From assembly GCA_913040915.1 (NCBI GenBank), contig CAJWHW010000003.1, forward strand, positions 20,145 through 84,144: a stretch of DNA of 64,000 nucleotides, read 5' to 3'. Shown piece after piece: positions 18,900 to 28,840 of the stretch. A program made the translations under genes and the position numbers. Within the stretch, counting starts at the first letter, position 1. Each line of letters opens with the position of its first letter. The notes beneath the pieces were generated by a model. It saw only the letters and a program-made list of their open reading frames with translations, was not told where the DNA came from and did no database searches. This DNA comes from an uncultured Fidelibacterota bacterium (lineage in GTDB: Bacteria; Fidelibacterota; Marinisomatia; Marinisomatales; UBA1611).

Positions 18900-21233
18900 T
18901 TAATTTTTTAATATTAAACATTTTTTCACAACTTGACTATTCTGTGAATCGATACGGATGAAAACCATTCCAGAACTATTGGGAACCCCGCTCATGCTGC
19001 TCAAATTAAAATTAATTAAATTCCTACCTGGTGATAATCTTTGAAATTTTTGGAAATATATTTCCTGTCCAAGTAGATTATATGCCTTTACTGTTGCTTC
19101 CCCACCAGGGAAATTAGTTAAATCTATTTGAAATGAACCATTTGATGGGTTTGGATAAAGTCCACTTATTCTCATCGGATTTTTAGGTGCTTTATTAATA
19201 TTCGTTTCTGTGATACCTAAGTAATCATCCATAGTAGAAAACAATGTTAAAGATTGTATTTCCCAACCACGATAATTCACAGTTTGATCAGGTAAAAAAG
19301 ATAACCGTACCTTAATATTAGAAAATTCATTCAGAGACGTAGCGGATATTAAATCTGTACGAAATTCTTCCCATTGATTACCTGTCCAACTTTTATTTAC
19401 TAAAACATTTGATCCTTCATCTAAAATAGATAAGGAAACATGATCATAGTCCCATTCTGTCTCAAAGCGATGATCAATGGTAACAACAAGACGGTTTGTC
19501 CCTGTTACATCAATTAAATCGGACTCCATCCACTGTAGAGTTTGTGAAGAATCGCCATTCTCATAATAAAATTCTTCTTGAGATTTCAGAATTAGGTTCT
19601 CTGTACACCATGGCCCTTCAGAATTAGTCCAAATCCAAGAATCGCTCAATGATTGCGGATTACCATACCAATAAGGTACTGTCATTTCCATATTGCTGGT
19701 TATTGTAATATTATTATGCCAAGGCATCATTTCTCCATCCATCTTAAAGGATAGTATGTAATTCCCTTCATAAAGAGAAAAATTATTTGGACCGGTTGAA
19801 ATTTGTATCTCATCTTTTCCAAATTCATTTTCAATAAATCCAGTTATCGTATTATTGTCAGTTGTTTCATGATAAAGGTTCAGTATTAATGATCGTAAGG
19901 GGGCAGGTTCAAGATAAATATCTTCATTGGTTATACCACTATTATTGGTTACGACTGTTACTTCTTTTGGGATATATCCCTTTGCACGAATAGAAAGTGT
20001 ATATGTACCAGCATCTAAAATTCTTCTGTATCTTCCAAATTCATTTGTCAATCGTGGTTTTAGAACAGAGCCTGTATGCTCTAAAATTTCTACAATTGCA
20101 TTTTCTATAGGCTGGTTACTTGTTGCATCCGAAATAATTCCGGTGACCTGTGCCGCATCAGTATAATAACCGAGGGCACGGTCCATTAAATAAACCATTG
20201 CCGGCTTGTTACGTTCTATTGTATCTTCAATTAAAGTGCTGCCTGGCTGAAGATTTGCTGTTCCGCATTCTACCAGATACTGTATACAACCTGTTTCACG
20301 ATAAAACCAATCATGAAGTTTTCCATTCCTTGAGCCGCTGTATACAGATAAATAAGTACCTGTTCCATCTTCAGTCTCTATGAGCCCCGCAAAGTGATCT
20401 GCTATAGATTTCATTACGTTTAAATCTGGAGAATCTTTCGTTTCTTCCCAGCGCCAGCTGGTAAATACTTTTTCTGATAGATTACCTGAGCGTGAGCTGT
20501 GCCAAACGATTGAGAAGACAAAATTGTTTTCTAAGGCTAAGTCCCTAATAGCGATTGCTTCTCCTTCAGAAAAAGGTTCTTCACCCTTGTAATAATCATA
20601 ATGTGATGCGTAATCAGAATTGTCTGGTTCTAAAAATGTATCTCCAAACACCCAATTAAAGTTAAAATTACGGTTCAGATCCACCCCGTCTATATCGTTG
20701 CCAATCGAAGGATCATAATCGAATAATTCATTCGGATACGGACCTTCAGGACTTAAATCTCTTTTTGTTTTTCTATAACTGACATCCAAGCCTTCATGCA
20801 CGACATTTAACCCATCTGGGTTAGCAGTAGGAATAATCCAAATCTCTAAATATTGCTTAAGGATATTCATATGCGTGAATATACTATTATCAGGAAACAA
20901 TAAATCATCTATCAGATCTAATACTATTTCGTTGCCCAATATTTCTTCGGCATGAACCTGCCCAACAAATAAAACACTGGGCTCATCTTCTCTAACATCA
21001 ACATTATCTGAAATTTTTACCGCCAAAATAGGTATTTGGTCATGAGTAGAGTAACCAATTGTATCTACTCGGTACCATCCATCCAATTCTTCTAATTGAT
21101 CCAGTGAATCTAAATATGCATAAATTTCATCCACGGTATGATAGCGACTATCTAATACCTGTCCATAATTAGGATTGCCTAAATGAAATATAATGAGAAT
21201 AGAACTTATATTAAAAATTGAGGATAATTTCAT
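18900..21233 (-). CDS. Secreted M14 zinc carboxypeptidase with transthyretin-like and C-terminal sorting domains
   Basis: GQVHAEE, PTANPDG, GVDLNRNF, PFSE and WHS motifs; YPNPSNG...KKCLILKN tail. Confidence 0.9.
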   Translation of the reverse strand: MKLSSIFNISSILIIFHLGNPNYGQVLDSRYHTVDEIYAYLDSLDQLEELDGWYRVDTIGYSTHDQIPILAVKISDNVDVREDEPSVLFVGQVHAEEILGNEIVLDLIDDLLFPDNSIFTHMNILKQYLEIWIIPTANPDGLNVVHEGLDVSYRKTKRDLSPEGPYPNELFDYDPSIGNDIDGVDLNRNFNFNWVFGDTFLEPDNSDYASHYDYYKGEEPFSEGEAIAIRDLALENNFVFSIVWHSSRSGNLSEKVFTSWRWEETKDSPDLNVMKSIADHFAGLIETEDGTGTYLSVYSGSRNGKLHDWFYRETGCIQYLVECGTANLQPGSTLIEDTIERNKPAMVYLMDRALGYYTDAAQVTGIISDATSNQPIENAIVEILEHTGSVLKPRLTNEFGRYRRILDAGTYTLSIRAKGYIPKEVTVVTNNSGITNEDIYLEPAPLRSLILNLYHETTDNNTITGFIENEFGKDEIQISTGPNNFSLYEGNYILSFKMDGEMMPWHNNITITSNMEMTVPYWYGNPQSLSDSWIWTNSEGPWCTENLILKSQEEFYYENGDSSQTLQWMESDLIDVTGTNRLVVTIDHRFETEWDYDHVSLSILDEGSNVLVNKSWTGNQWEEFRTDLISATSLNEFSNIKVRLSFLPDQTVNYRGWEIQSLTLFSTMDDYLGITETNINKAPKNPMRISGLYPNPSNGSFQIDLTNFPGGEATVKAYNLLGQEIYFQKFQRLSPGRNLINFNLSSMSGVPNSSGMVFIRIDSQNSQVVKKCLILKN

Positions 21234-21272
21234 AGTGTGTATACTAAGTATTTAAGTACTAACTCTAAATTA

Positions 21273-24200
21273 TTACTTTAAGTATGTTACCTTACCTCTA
21301 TTTATATTTTTACTTGTATTGAATTCATAAAAATATATTCCACTTGTAACTAATTGTCCTGCAATATTCATACCATCCCAATAAATTCTGTAATTGCCAC
21401 CAAAATCTGGTAGAATTAATTTATCTGTTACTACTCTTCCGGTAATATCATAAATCCGAAAATTAACAGCTTCCTTTTCCGGCATAAAAAATTCAAAAGC
21501 CACCTTGCCATTGAAGGGGTTAGGATAAGCTGGCTTTAAGGAAAATTCAGTAGGAATATCACAATCAAAGCATTTTGGTTCATTGGATAATAATTCTGCC
21601 TTTGACAGAATGCGACCATAATAATTTGCCAGATCCTCCTTTCCTGAGCTTCGGTAATCAACCCAATCCAAAAAGAATTCTTCTCCTGAATAGTGTGTGA
21701 TTTGGAGATTTTGCTGTTTATGATAAGCAATACAAATAGGGACTCCATTTATATCAGTTGTCATACCCTGTCCGACTTTAAACCCAGATCCATATAAATC
21801 AACTCCATTAATTAATAATGGATCGTCATTGATATATCCCCGTCCGTCTTCCCATATAACCATAAATTCATCACCCGTAACATTTTCAACCGTAGGCATA
21901 TAATTATCAATAGAATCATTCACAACCGAAGTAAATTGAACAAATTCACTAGAAAGTGAGCCATTTTCTAAATTTAATAGTTGACCAAATATTTCAAAGT
22001 TTTGTCCATTTCTGAAATCTTCCCAAACAATTAATGCTTTTGTCTGTGTATCGTTCATTGAAAAGGAAAAGTTTGTTTGATCATTTTCATCATCAGTGAC
22101 AATAAGTCCGTTGGTTTCCCATAGTTTATTGCCATCCCAATCAACTTTTTGGGCATAAATATCCGCAAAATTACCAATCTGATTCCATAAACAAATTATG
22201 CCTGTGCCATCATCTAGTGTTTTGACCTGCAGAGAACTAGATGCCGAAAAATTATCCGTTAAATTAATCCCACCAGGATTCCATCCTATTTCAGTATTAC
22301 CGTTTTGATCGATCTTTAAATATTTAATCACTATATAGGAACCAGAAGGGTTCCATTGCTCATTCATCCAAAATACCATGAGTTTATTATCTGGTGTAGG
22401 TATAGCTGTTATAAAGAAATCATCATTACTAGCATCCACTAGTTCCACTCCACCACTTTCTAATATCGCATTTCCTTCGTTATCTAAATATTGAAAATAA
22501 ATATTATTGTCCCATAATCTGCTCTCAGACCAAAAACATCCAACACCGCTTCCTATAGAAACCAGTTTTGCATTTCTCATATCAGCTTCAGAAGATATTG
22601 CAACCCCTACAGAGTCCCACAAATTTTCAAATGATTCATCTAACTTATTAATTCGAAGATATTTCGGTGTAGAAGTTGCATCATATGTACCAACGAAAAA
22701 ATTATTATCATCTTTAATAACAATAGGTAATGCAATTTCATCTGAAGAATTGTCACTGTAAGAGAGTTGCTTACCATCTTGGTATAGTACAGAATTTTCA
22801 GTAATTCTTGTTCCATAGATTCTTTTTGCTGAACGATTATCTTCCCATGTAAGAAAAAAATCATTTTCGCCTTTCCGAAACCGTGATGTGTATTTTATGT
22901 CCCCATCTAAACCAACCATTGCAGTAATTCCACTATTTCCCCAAACAGTAGAACCATTATCTATTTTTTGAATTTTGAGATCAATGCTTCCTGTCCCTTG
23001 ATCTGCATAAATAATATAGAATTGATCATTAGTTGACCCTATCAAAATGGGTGAAAATTGATACCCGTCTGAATTGGTAAGATTAAGCGGCTCAGCTGGA
23101 AATGTACCATCAGCATTGATTGTACGCACCATAATCTCAATATCAGGAAAAGTGCCACGTTCCCATGCTACATTAAGCCCACCATTTTCATTGGAATTGA
23201 ACCTTGCACTAAAATCTCGATATGCCCCGGGATCAATTTTTACACCATTACCCCATTCACGATCACCATTTACGTTCACTTTTTGAAAATATTGATCTCC
23301 ATCAACAGCATCATCTCTATAATCTGTCCATTTAACAAATACTTCGCCTAGTGAATTTCTTTTCACTCGTGGTTTTGCCTGCAATGTTTCATCATCAGAA
23401 ATTGCTTTTTCATTTGTAAATACCAAGCCGCTTTCATTCACAAATTGGTAATATACTTTTGAGTTCGCGTCACCTCTTTTCCAAGTAACAAATGAAGTTT
23501 CTCCATTTACAAATGTAGCACGAGGCTTTGTCTCTTGATCAGTGGTATTTGCTATTGGAATACCATTTTCTGCAAAAACCGCTGTCATATCCATATTGAG
23601 GCGTTGACCATAAATATTTGCATTTTCACCTTCTCGGTAATCAGCCCAAGCAATAAATGCCTGATTGTCTCCTGCATATTCAATGGTCTTTGCATTTTGA
23701 TTTCCACCTTCAACAGCTATTGCAACGCCAACTCCGGGTGCAACTATCTCATTATCTGCAGAAACATGGGTTCCATATATATCTTCATCCACTCCGCCAC
23801 GCTTATCCTGCCAGGTAACAAAGACACCACCAAGGCTATCTGTACACATATTGATAGTTATTTGATTCCCATCAACTTGAGCCAGTGCAATTCCATTTTC
23901 ATCCATTAAGAGATTTCCATCTGAATCTAAATGCTGAATAAAAATATCTCCCTGTGCATCAAATCGATAATCAACCCAGGCAATAAACACACCCCCGTTA
24001 CCATCTTCGATTGAAACAGGGTCTTCTTGCCTACCAGGCAGATTAGTAACGATTGCTCCAGACTCACCCCATAGCATGGACCCATCATGATTAACTTTAT
24101 GTGCAAAAATGTTTCGCATGCCGTATCGTGTATCTGACCACACAAAAATTGCTTCACCTTGATCACCAGGAGAAACAGTCCTATACCATTCAATATGTAC

Positions 24201-24299
24201 ACCCTGTCGGATGGGTGCACCATCATTCGAATCAAAACCTGTTGAATAGGTTAATGATACAAACATAATTGAAAAAACTAATTTTTTCATTTTCATCAT
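21273..24299 (-). CDS. Secreted repeat (probable beta-propeller) protein with C-terminal sorting domain
   Basis: About ten W-x-D-x-R...IY/IF repeats; YPNPFNG...GKVTYLK tail; start moved to ATG 24299 (GAAGGA upstream; nearby in-frame ATGs possible). Confidence 0.78.
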   Translation of the reverse strand: MMKMKKLVFSIMFVSLTYSTGFDSNDGAPIRQGVHIEWYRTVSPGDQGEAIFVWSDTRYGMRNIFAHKVNHDGSMLWGESGAIVTNLPGRQEDPVSIEDGNGGVFIAWVDYRFDAQGDIFIQHLDSDGNLLMDENGIALAQVDGNQITINMCTDSLGGVFVTWQDKRGGVDEDIYGTHVSADNEIVAPGVGVAIAVEGGNQNAKTIEYAGDNQAFIAWADYREGENANIYGQRLNMDMTAVFAENGIPIANTTDQETKPRATFVNGETSFVTWKRGDANSKVYYQFVNESGLVFTNEKAISDDETLQAKPRVKRNSLGEVFVKWTDYRDDAVDGDQYFQKVNVNGDREWGNGVKIDPGAYRDFSARFNSNENGGLNVAWERGTFPDIEIMVRTINADGTFPAEPLNLTNSDGYQFSPILIGSTNDQFYIIYADQGTGSIDLKIQKIDNGSTVWGNSGITAMVGLDGDIKYTSRFRKGENDFFLTWEDNRSAKRIYGTRITENSVLYQDGKQLSYSDNSSDEIALPIVIKDDNNFFVGTYDATSTPKYLRINKLDESFENLWDSVGVAISSEADMRNAKLVSIGSGVGCFWSESRLWDNNIYFQYLDNEGNAILESGGVELVDASNDDFFITAIPTPDNKLMVFWMNEQWNPSGSYIVIKYLKIDQNGNTEIGWNPGGINLTDNFSASSSLQVKTLDDGTGIICLWNQIGNFADIYAQKVDWDGNKLWETNGLIVTDDENDQTNFSFSMNDTQTKALIVWEDFRNGQNFEIFGQLLNLENGSLSSEFVQFTSVVNDSIDNYMPTVENVTGDEFMVIWEDGRGYINDDPLLINGVDLYGSGFKVGQGMTTDINGVPICIAYHKQQNLQITHYSGEEFFLDWVDYRSSGKEDLANYYGRILSKAELLSNEPKCFDCDIPTEFSLKPAYPNPFNGKVAFEFFMPEKEAVNFRIYDITGRVVTDKLILPDFGGNYRIYWDGMNIAGQLVTSGIYFYEFNTSKNINRGKVTYLK

Positions 24300-24341
24300 T
24301 CCTTCGTCAAATTTATGTTGTTTTATAAACAAATAATTTTA

Positions 24342-25379
24342 TTATTGATTAATTGAGAGTATTTGTAATCCTTCGCGGGAACAAACAATTAAATTTTCAC
24401 CCCAGAACTCTGTTTTGTAAACATAGCCTATAGGAAATAGGCCTTTCTCAATGGGCTTATTTGGATCGGTAATATCATAAAGTGCAATCCCCTTCGATCC
24501 AAGAGACAATGCAGCAATTCCATCATTTACAGAAATATGATCTACAGTCAAATCCTGTGCAAATCTCACATGTGAATTGCTTGAAGCAGAAAAAACATTA
24601 TAAGGTATATAAGCAGCTCCAACATCATCACATGAGACAAAAACCCCAGCATCTGCTAATACAACTTTCTCTGCATTCCCTTCTGTATCAACTCGACCTA
24701 TGAATTCAGGATCAGCTTCAAGTGAAGCTAATTCATATAATTCCACGCCTAACTGATCTACAGCGAGAGCAATATAATTTTCTCCATTAGAGTCTATTCC
24801 CTGAGGCTTACCTGGTGTATACAGTTCACCGGCACTCCCCTCTGGATATACCGGATTCCAAAAAGAATAACCAAAAACTTCGTAAGGTTCATAAATACTC
24901 CACTTTAGACCATCATCATTATCTGCTGCATACATCACAAAGCGACCCGTATCTATTGGAAAAGAAACAAATTCTCTAGTCCTTGCACTCATGATTGTAT
25001 TAATAAAGCTTAAGTTGGAATCACCTACTGTATAATTAAAAATTTGCACATCTTTATTTGTTTCAGATGAAAAGATCAGATTATTAGTAATATCAATTTC
25101 AATAAGTGAGAGATCATCAAACTCTAAAAAGGATCCCAATTCATAATACCCACTGAAATCACTCAGTTTTATTTTATCTTTTAGATTCCATATTTGTATC
25201 CCTGATTGTCCTGCAGCAATGAAAGCTGTATTGCCGTGAATGGCCACATCTCTTGAAAAGCCTGTTGTATTTAATACTTCAACTTCCGTTACAGACCACA
25301 AATCTTCTACATTAGGTTCAATACACCCAAATAATAATATACTAATAACAGCTATAAAATGTTTTCTAATATCGATCAT
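24342..25379 (-). CDS. LVIVD-repeat-like beta-propeller lipoprotein
   Basis: Lipobox LLFGC; repeats such as AFIAAGQSGIQIWN and LGSKGIALYDITDP. Confidence 0.72.
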   Translation of the reverse strand: MIDIRKHFIAVISILLFGCIEPNVEDLWSVTEVEVLNTTGFSRDVAIHGNTAFIAAGQSGIQIWNLKDKIKLSDFSGYYELGSFLEFDDLSLIEIDITNNLIFSSETNKDVQIFNYTVGDSNLSFINTIMSARTREFVSFPIDTGRFVMYAADNDDGLKWSIYEPYEVFGYSFWNPVYPEGSAGELYTPGKPQGIDSNGENYIALAVDQLGVELYELASLEADPEFIGRVDTEGNAEKVVLADAGVFVSCDDVGAAYIPYNVFSASSNSHVRFAQDLTVDHISVNDGIAALSLGSKGIALYDITDPNKPIEKGLFPIGYVYKTEFWGENLIVCSREGLQILSINQ

Positions 25380-26397
25380 ATACCATATCCCATTCTATTT
25401 TGCACCAAAATTGAATTTGATTAAAACTTTTTAAATCTTTTACCCATTCATATGCTGAATCAGTTGTGCGAATTCTATATCTTCCTGTAAACAAAACTGA
25501 TACTGCTTCAAATATCTCTTTTTTCACCCATACATCATATTTAGAATCTATGTGATCTCTTCCTGCATGGAGCGGGTCATCAGGGTCTTCAGCTCCATAC
25601 TTTCTATATTCTTCACGTATTGAAAAACCAATTTCATCAACAATTGGAATATTTCTATGTATTTTAACTGGCATATACCATTCCATATTGTTATAGGAAC
25701 GATTAAAACTACTTGGTCGCTCAGTTGATAAATGAGATGTACTTCTTGCATGTCCACGGTTGATTTGAAAAGATATAGTTGCTATCCTTTTAATCTTATA
25801 ATTCACCCTTCCTTTGATATAATGAATATCTAAATCAAACTCCGTAAATGGTTTATCATAATATCGTTGAAGATAGCCTGTACTTAGGTTGATCCAGGAC
25901 TCTCTTAATATCTTTTGTGTGATTGTAATACTTTGATTTCTATCGGTAAAATAGCAAGGAGCTAGCAAATCATTGCTAATATCACGGTTAATATAATGTC
26001 TCAGATAAAAACTATTTAAGTGTCTAACAGAATATTTTATATTTTTATAACTTCCCCATTTATAAATCGCATCCAGTCCACCACTCCAATATTTTCTTTC
26101 AGTGTTATTTTGATAATCAGACCAACTGTAAAAACCATTTATGGAAAAATCTTTTCTTCTGGAATGCCAAACAGACTTTTTTCCTGATAATCGTAATTTA
26201 TAAACAAAACTGTCAAAAGTTGATGCACCACCCATGAGAGAATTATCAAGTGCTGCTTCACCAAATTCATATGTAGAAAATCGTAAAACATTATTATCAT
26301 ACCCACCAGTAATCCCGATGGTATACTCAATAGGTGTTTTACCCAGTAAGTATGATGAAATAAAAATAATGTAAAATATATATTTTTGAGAATTCAT
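25366..26397 (-). CDS. Putative outer-membrane beta-barrel protein
   Basis: Signal peptide; GGYDNNV near N-terminus; alternating aromatic/polar strands; aromatic C-terminus; coupled to upstream gene. Confidence 0.6.
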   Translation of the reverse strand: MNSQKYIFYIIFISSYLLGKTPIEYTIGITGGYDNNVLRFSTYEFGEAALDNSLMGGASTFDSFVYKLRLSGKKSVWHSRRKDFSINGFYSWSDYQNNTERKYWSGGLDAIYKWGSYKNIKYSVRHLNSFYLRHYINRDISNDLLAPCYFTDRNQSITITQKILRESWINLSTGYLQRYYDKPFTEFDLDIHYIKGRVNYKIKRIATISFQINRGHARSTSHLSTERPSSFNRSYNNMEWYMPVKIHRNIPIVDEIGFSIREEYRKYGAEDPDDPLHAGRDHIDSKYDVWVKKEIFEAVSVLFTGRYRIRTTDSAYEWVKDLKSFNQIQFWCKIEWDMVYDRY

Positions 26398-27275
26398 TAA
26401 TATAAAATAAAACGAGTAAGGACCACTTTATCCTTATCTGCAACTTCAATTGAATAAGTGTGTCTCCCTTTTGGTACAGGTATCTCACAAGATCGCCATT
26501 TACCCGGAACTTTATCATCCCTTCCTAAAATTTGTGATGCAGATGAGCGCTCAGAATTAAAATAATAAGTACCAATGACTTTTTTACCTTCCTTCACTCT
26601 AATGCGATATGATTCTTCCTGGCCCATAGAATCAGAAAACTCTAATCGATTCAAAATTCTTAGATTATTTTTCCCCCTTGCTTCTATTTGCAAAGGTAAT
26701 TCCGATGTACACTCAAAATATTTAATCTCTTTTTTATTCGAGATTAGACTGACAGCATTTTGATGAACCATTGGAGTAAGCACTTTTTTGTTTTTTCCTA
26801 TTGATTCAAAATTTTTTGCCAGAACCCGAATTAAAACTGGGTATTTTAACTTTTCATTCGATATCAATTCTATAGTTTGGGTTCCTTTTTCTAGGTTAAT
26901 GAAATAGTTACCAGAATGTGTGTATTTATGTTTTGGGTGTTGTATAGATTTAATGGATTTTTGAACTTTGTATCTATGATTTACTTGAATAGTATCTACT
27001 CCATTTAATACTATTTTATAATTAAAGGGATGACTTTTATTCTTCTTTTTTATCACAGGATATCGTGAAATGAATTCTAAACGTGTAGGGCCTTCTATCG
27101 TATAAATAAGTCCTTCATTATTGATGGGATAGTAGAGTCTTCTTTTGGAATTAATAATTAAAATCTCTTTATTTTCCCCATTTTTACTGGGCTTCAAAAG
27201 TTTTGCTTGCAGTGGCACCGCCATGGTTACAAAAAGAATAAATAGAATTGATTTAGAGTAGACTGTCAGGTTCAT
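26397..27275 (-). CDS. Basic exported protein with two similar beta-rich halves, directly after pgsW
   Basis: Signal peptide ending PLQA; Lys/Arg-rich; start overlaps pgsW end. Confidence 0.65.
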   Translation of the reverse strand: MNLTVYSKSILFILFVTMAVPLQAKLLKPSKNGENKEILIINSKRRLYYPINNEGLIYTIEGPTRLEFISRYPVIKKKNKSHPFNYKIVLNGVDTIQVNHRYKVQKSIKSIQHPKHKYTHSGNYFINLEKGTQTIELISNEKLKYPVLIRVLAKNFESIGKNKKVLTPMVHQNAVSLISNKKEIKYFECTSELPLQIEARGKNNLRILNRLEFSDSMGQEESYRIRVKEGKKVIGTYYFNSERSSASQILGRDDKVPGKWRSCEIPVPKGRHTYSIEVADKDKVVLTRFILY

Positions 27276-28404
27276 GTTGTATTAAATGCTCTTTAATTTT
27301 TGTTTTACTTTGGAGACCAACCATAAACACACATCCTCCTACAACAAATAAGCAAATTGCTGCAACAATTAAATTATAGCGTTCATCAGCATAAAGGCTT
27401 CCCGTACCAATATCCGGAATAGGGATTGGTGCAAAGGGCATGTTAAACTGTTCTATGAGCGGTCTGATATTGAGAATGTGAATTCCAGGAATATCCATTT
27501 TTATCATTTTGGAAAATACTCCTTCAATTCCGCCAGGACGAATAATATCGGTCACATTTTTACGGTTTACGACTCCAGGTGGTAATAATTTTAAATTAAA
27601 ACTAGTTCCTAAGCTGGCAACACCTCCACCAACATTGATTACAGCTTTATAATTCATTTTTGGTAATATAGAAGAATATGTCATCATACGATTTTGAATA
27701 TTATCAGCTAATTTTTCCATTTTGATAAGTGGCAGTTGATGATTTGCTATATTTTCGGTTATTAGTTTCCTCCCTGATGGAGATAACAAACGTCCCATAT
27801 CATTTCTTCCACCAATTGAAGCTGCAACGCTTTTCGCTGGAATAAGACTATTGTTAAAGAGAATTGATTCCATATCTAGCCAGGTGAAATCAACCTGATT
27901 GGCACCCCATTGAGAAGCACCAACACTTGTAATGGTAATTGGATATACCCCTAACGATTTACATGCCGTTAAAACAGCAATATTCGCTCCTGGCATAGAA
28001 CCTGTCATTAGAATTGCAACCGTATCACTTTCTTTTAGATCAACCTGATACATTAAATCAACAATAGCAGCTGAAAAATTAGGATCCAATGTTGTCAATT
28101 TCGCATCCAGATCTCCTTCATCTGTTGTAATTAAACTAAATGGACTCCCCACCAGTCCTGTCTCATTTGGATCATTTTCTATATCAATAAAAATGCCCTG
28201 TTCCATTCTACTTTCTTTCAGCAAATTCATTGCTTTTTCCATTAGACGAGCTGCTTTCACCTTATGTTCATAGGAAGGAGATACATCAATGGTTTTTGTA
28301 TTCAAAGCAATTAGAAAACAAAGCAAGGATAGAATGGATAAACTCACCAGAGTCGATGTCTTTTGAATAGCAGGAATAAAGGGTTGTTTTTTATAATTAT
28401 TCAA
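27253..28404 (-). CDS. pgsW: Poly-gamma-glutamate system protein
   Basis: DPNETGLVG, ITT..GDLDAK..T..PNF, SVGASQWGAN and INVGGG motifs; follows pgsC. TTG at 28404 taken as start (track gives 28419). Confidence 0.88.
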   Translation of the reverse strand: MNNYKKQPFIPAIQKTSTLVSLSILSLLCFLIALNTKTIDVSPSYEHKVKAARLMEKAMNLLKESRMEQGIFIDIENDPNETGLVGSPFSLITTDEGDLDAKLTTLDPNFSAAIVDLMYQVDLKESDTVAILMTGSMPGANIAVLTACKSLGVYPITITSVGASQWGANQVDFTWLDMESILFNNSLIPAKSVAASIGGRNDMGRLLSPSGRKLITENIANHQLPLIKMEKLADNIQNRMMTYSSILPKMNYKAVINVGGGVASLGTSFNLKLLPPGVVNRKNVTDIIRPGGIEGVFSKMIKMDIPGIHILNIRPLIEQFNMPFAPIPIPDIGTGSLYADERYNLIVAAICLFVVGGCVFMVGLQSKTKIKEHLIQHEPDSLL

Positions 28405-28840
28405 ACAGTACTCCACCAAATAATAACATCACAGCCAGTTTTACCAAAACAGCAGTCAGAATTACGACTGCAACTGTACGAATAACTCCTTGCCGGTCCA
28501 TCCAATTTGCAATTAGGCCAGGAATTATATTCCCAATTACAGCGACTGAACCTAATTCTTCAGGCATAAAGATAAAATTTCGAGATATATAACCAAAAAA
28601 GAATCCAAGAATTAAGGCCAATACAATTCTACGTTTGCCATATAAAAACATAAATTTCCCCATTACCTGGATAATTGCCCAGACTAATATTGCAACTCCG
28701 AACGTGACTAAAACCTGGATCGGATGGTGAAGATAAAGGGAAATATAACCAGGAACAATAATCCCTCCCGCCGTGACTCCTAGAGTCTCTGACAATACTA
28801 AACTTAATACAATTCCTAGTCCTATGCTGATCTCAGCCAT
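28397..28840 (-). CDS. pgsC: Poly-gamma-glutamate biosynthesis membrane protein PgsC/CapC
   Basis: GVTAGGIIVPGY, LYGKRR and IGNIIPGLIANWMDRQG motifs. Confidence 0.95.
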   Translation of the reverse strand: MAEISIGLGIVLSLVLSETLGVTAGGIIVPGYISLYLHHPIQVLVTFGVAILVWAIIQVMGKFMFLYGKRRIVLALILGFFFGYISRNFIFMPEELGSVAVIGNIIPGLIANWMDRQGVIRTVAVVILTAVLVKLAVMLLFGGVLFE

